Positions 60,949 to 64,000 of a stretch of 64,000 nucleotides of DNA are shown one piece after another. A model generated the notes under the pieces. The model was not told the origin of the DNA, made no database searches, and saw only the letters and a program-made list of their open reading frames with translations. A program made the position numbers and the translations under genes. The stretch comes from Novakomyces olei (Eukaryota): positions 1,054,001-1,118,000 of the forward strand of contig JADEYG010000007.1 of assembly GCA_016906335.1 (NCBI GenBank). Reading direction: 5' to 3'. Position 1 is the first letter of the stretch. Each line of letters opens with the position of its first letter.

Positions 60949-62004
60949 ATGTCAGACTACGAATTCAAAGGTTGGGTGGGCAAGGACACCAACTCCATTG
61001 GCCACCTCGAGTTGGGCAAATTCGAGCCCAAAAGCTGGGAGGAGACGGATGTAGACATCCGTGTCGTCAGCTGCGGAATATGCTCTTCCGACCTGCACAC
61101 GCTGAGCGGCGGCTGGGGCAATACCGCTTACCCGCAGGTCGTGGGCCACGAGATTACGGGTGAGATTGTACGTGTCGGGAGCAAAGTAAAGGGCTTCCGG
61201 CCCGGCGACCGTGTCGGGGTGGGAGCACAGTCCAGCTCGTGCCTGCAGTGCAAGTACTGCACGAGTGACCGAGAGCCGTACTGTGCCAATGGCATTGTTG
61301 GAACGTACAACGGCAAGTACGCTGACGGCAGCAAATCCTCTGGCGGCTATGCCAACTATGCCCGAGTGCCGGCCCACTTTGTCTTTCATCTGCCGGACAA
61401 CGTTCCCTACGAGGTCGCTGCCACTATGTTTTGTGCGGGTATAACCGTGTTCAAACCGCTCAAGGACGCCGGCATTAAGCCGGGAATGCGAGTCGGCATT
61501 ATCGGCATCGGCGGTCTCGGGCACTATGCACTCCTGTTTGCACGTGCTATGGGCGCTCACGTGACTGCTATTTCACGGTCGCGTGCCAAAGAGGCGGACG
61601 CGAGGGCAATGGGCGCTCACGACTTTATTGCTACACGGGAGACGCCTGATTTTGGCGTTTCGCACCGTCGCACGTTTGATTACTTGCTGTGCACGGTAAA
61701 CAACAAGGATATGCCGCTCACACAGTACCTCTCCACGCTGGAAGTCTCTGGCACTTTCTGCATGGTCGGACTGCCCGAGGGACAGATCCAGTTTTCTCCA
61801 GCGCCTCTGATCATGGCCAACTCGGCCATGACTGGGTCCATGATCGGGTCGCCGCAGGAGATCCGGGATATGCTCGAGTTTATCGGCAAGCACAACATTC
61901 GGCCCTGGATCGAACTGCGACCGCTCAGTGACGTCAACAAGGCACTCGTCGATATGCACGAGGGCAAACCCCGGTACCGCTACGTGCTGATGACCGATAA
62001 ATAG
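60949..62004 (+). CDS. NADP-dependent zinc alcohol dehydrogenase (Adh6/Adh7, cinnamyl alcohol dehydrogenase family), intronless
   Basis: CGICSSDLH, VGHEI, structural Zn motif C..C..C.......C, GIGGLGH, RYRYVL. Confidence 0.93.
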   Translation: MSDYEFKGWVGKDTNSIGHLELGKFEPKSWEETDVDIRVVSCGICSSDLHTLSGGWGNTAYPQVVGHEITGEIVRVGSKVKGFRPGDRVGVGAQSSSCLQCKYCTSDREPYCANGIVGTYNGKYADGSKSSGGYANYARVPAHFVFHLPDNVPYEVAATMFCAGITVFKPLKDAGIKPGMRVGIIGIGGLGHYALLFARAMGAHVTAISRSRAKEADARAMGAHDFIATRETPDFGVSHRRTFDYLLCTVNNKDMPLTQYLSTLEVSGTFCMVGLPEGQIQFSPAPLIMANSAMTGSMIGSPQEIRDMLEFIGKHNIRPWIELRPLSDVNKALVDMHEGKPRYRYVLMTDK

Positions 62005-62860
62005 ATTGGCTGTCGCGCATTATATATGGATCGTGGACGTCTACACTCCTGAACGCTCAGGTCTACTGGCCGCCTATATACAAGATTTGCCTGCACCTTG
62101 GTAGTCAGGCGTTTGAGATTATAAATTTTTATTGCCATAATCATTATACAACATGTATATTTTATACGCACAAATTTCACGCGTAATGTGATAAGCAGTG
62201 CTTTATACGAATCGTATCTCGTATATTCCACTCTAATCGTACACCCATACTCTAATCGTACATGTGAAGATTGGAAATGTTGCCAAAGCTACCGTCATAG
62301 ATTGCTTTTCATTTGTACTTGAAAATATATTTTTGATATTATTGCTATTATTGATATTATTGATATTATTGATTGAGAAGTGGACTCTATAACTTTTTAT
62401 TTAACTCTGTTCATTTGAAATAATTACTGTCTTTACATGGATAATTGTATCTCTACTTTACTTACTGAAATCTCCTCTAAATTCTACATTCTGTCTTTAC
62501 CAGATCTATTATTGAATAATATATATATATCTCTGACAGCGCCTATGAGCCTTGGGGGACCTTTGTCATTCTTTTCTACAGTCAGATAGTTAATATCAAC
62601 CGTCCGAACATCAAAATAACTTTAATAATTCAACATTATTGTTATAAATAGCATTTAATTGTAATAGTCTAGTATCAAGTTTTAAGAGATATACCCTTTC
62701 TATTAGGCACAATCAAATTGACAAGCAATACTGGTGCTGCAGTATCGCCAGCTTCCTGTCTAACGTAACGTGCTGATTACACAAAGTAACATTACGAGCA
62801 CGTCGAATAATTTTGAAAGCAAGAGGCACGGTCAGATAACGAGCAAGTTGTACCCGCACA

Positions 62861-63454
62861 ATGGTACTTTACGAGCTGCTGTGTATTGCTCGGGCGGACC
62901 TGCCAAACGTACGTGCTTTTATACAATGCCAATAGAGTCTAACCCTTTTTTTCCTTTTTTTTTTTTAGACAAGCGTGAAAGAAATTGCACGATCATCAGG
63001 CAGGCTGGTTTTAAGAGGCGGAGGTGTCGTTCGCCGCGTCGAGGACTGGGGGACACTGATCTTGCCGAAGCGGATGCGCAAGCACCAGAACACGAATGTA
63101 CACGGACGGTACTGGCTCATGCATTTCGATTCGAATCCCTTAGTATTAGCGGAAATGCGTCGCACTCTCGGGCTTGATCCTCGGGTTGTGCGAACGAGTT
63201 TTTTCAGACTTGGAGAGCGGTAAGAGTGTTTTTAAAGTGGAAGATTATGGGAAACAAAACTCGTACTGCGCAGAAAGTATTCTGGTTGTCTGCGCAAAGA
63301 AAATCCATATAAAAAAGGAAGTGGAACAATCAGAGACTAGTCAACGTAAAGATAGGGCGTACTAATTTTGTTCAGGCTCGACCAAATTGTGGACTTGCCG
63401 ACGGACCCGCGATGGCATACAAAGAAAATCATGCAGGCTACGAAGCCATCGTGA
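62861..63454 (+). CDS. MRP17: Mitochondrial ribosomal protein bS6m (Mrp17/MRPS6); introns approx. 62909-62968 and 63220-63375
   Basis: Spliced MVLYELLCIAR...GGVVRRVEDWG..LPKRM.KH...H..GRYWLMHFDSNP....LGLDPRVVR. Confidence 0.88.
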
Positions 63455-63795
63455 TTGTGTTTAGTATACCCGGATAACATGTATCATCTCCTAGTCTTGA
63501 CTTGTCTATTACATTCTAGCATATCGTTCAACAACTGCAAAGTTTGTATCGTTCCCAAACCATAGACATTCATATTTTAATGATTCGAGTACATACGCGT
63601 CCTCTACATCCCCAAAGTTTGCCAGCGTCGTCTAGACGCTAGAGAATAAATATTTTACATTAATTAATTAATTTATTTATTAATATCATACTCTGAGATG
63701 GTCGATGTTTTAATGTATTTTTATTATTATCGCATGCAATTTAACGTTACTGTGAGACCGCTTTGGTCTTTGAGCCAAACTCCCTACAAATGTGC

Positions 63796-64000
63796 TTATA
63801 TCGCGTTCTTGCGTGTCAAGTAATCATAACGTTTGAAAGTGTACCCGACAAAAGGAGCCTCAAAATGCCGTCCCGATGCCCATGGCTTATCGCCCGCAGT
63901 TTGCCTCTGGTCAGGACCGCCAGCCTGCCGCTGCCCTGATTGGTCCGGTAGTTCAGGCACTTGTTCCAAATCATCAGTGGGAAAATAGCTCGTGTCCGTT
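63796..64000 (-). CDS. CBK1: 3' end of an NDR-family kinase (Cbk1/Orb6/Cot1); partial, missed by the ORF track
   Basis: Minus frame reads TDTSYFPTDDLEQVPE...APFVGYTFKRYDYLTRKNAI*, the AGC C-terminal hydrophobic motif typical of Cbk1. Confidence 0.88.
   Translation of the reverse strand, partial: TDTSYFPTDDLEQVPELPDQSGQRQAGGPDQRQTAGDKPWASGRHFEAPFVGYTFKRYDYLTRKNAI

Noticed and set aside
60952-61967. Long antisense ORFs over ADH (similar ones over NIK1, CYC1 and the MFS gene)
   Set aside because: Shadow ORFs caused by codon bias of the sense genes

Overview
Eukaryotic DNA: a gene-dense region of an intron-containing ascomycete (yeast-like) fungal genome. Evidence: GT-AG spliceosomal introns with CTAAC/CTGAC branch points close to the acceptor, and the standard genetic code (conserved Leu positions in cytochrome c are CTG). 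I read 25 protein-coding genes, almost all housekeeping: cdb4/EBP1 (3' end), Rco1-like double-PHD, SDH2, DID2, CYC1, TAF8, FMP52-like, dienoyl-CoA isomerase, GH12, HMCES/SRAP, OXLD1-like, DOA10, metallo-beta-lactamase, Rictor, UBP12, a DUS2-ALG13 fused ORF, DHA1 MFS, LONRF, UTP10, group III histidine kinase NIK1, ATPase inhibitor INH1, STL1-like sugar porter, CAD-type ADH, MRPS6 and CBK1/Orb6 (3' end). Several are partly or wholly missed by the ORF track because of introns. I recognised no tRNA, rRNA, transposon or CRISPR array. Most notable: (1) an in-frame fusion of a tRNA dihydrouridine synthase (DUS2) to the N-glycosylation enzyme subunit ALG13 through a repeat-derived linker; (2) an HMCES/SRAP protein starting MCVR, with a UIM-like and two PIP-like motifs in its tail; (3) pervasive locally derived tandem repeats that expand introns, intergenic DNA and conserved proteins. 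All assignments come from motif recognition by eye, without database searches.
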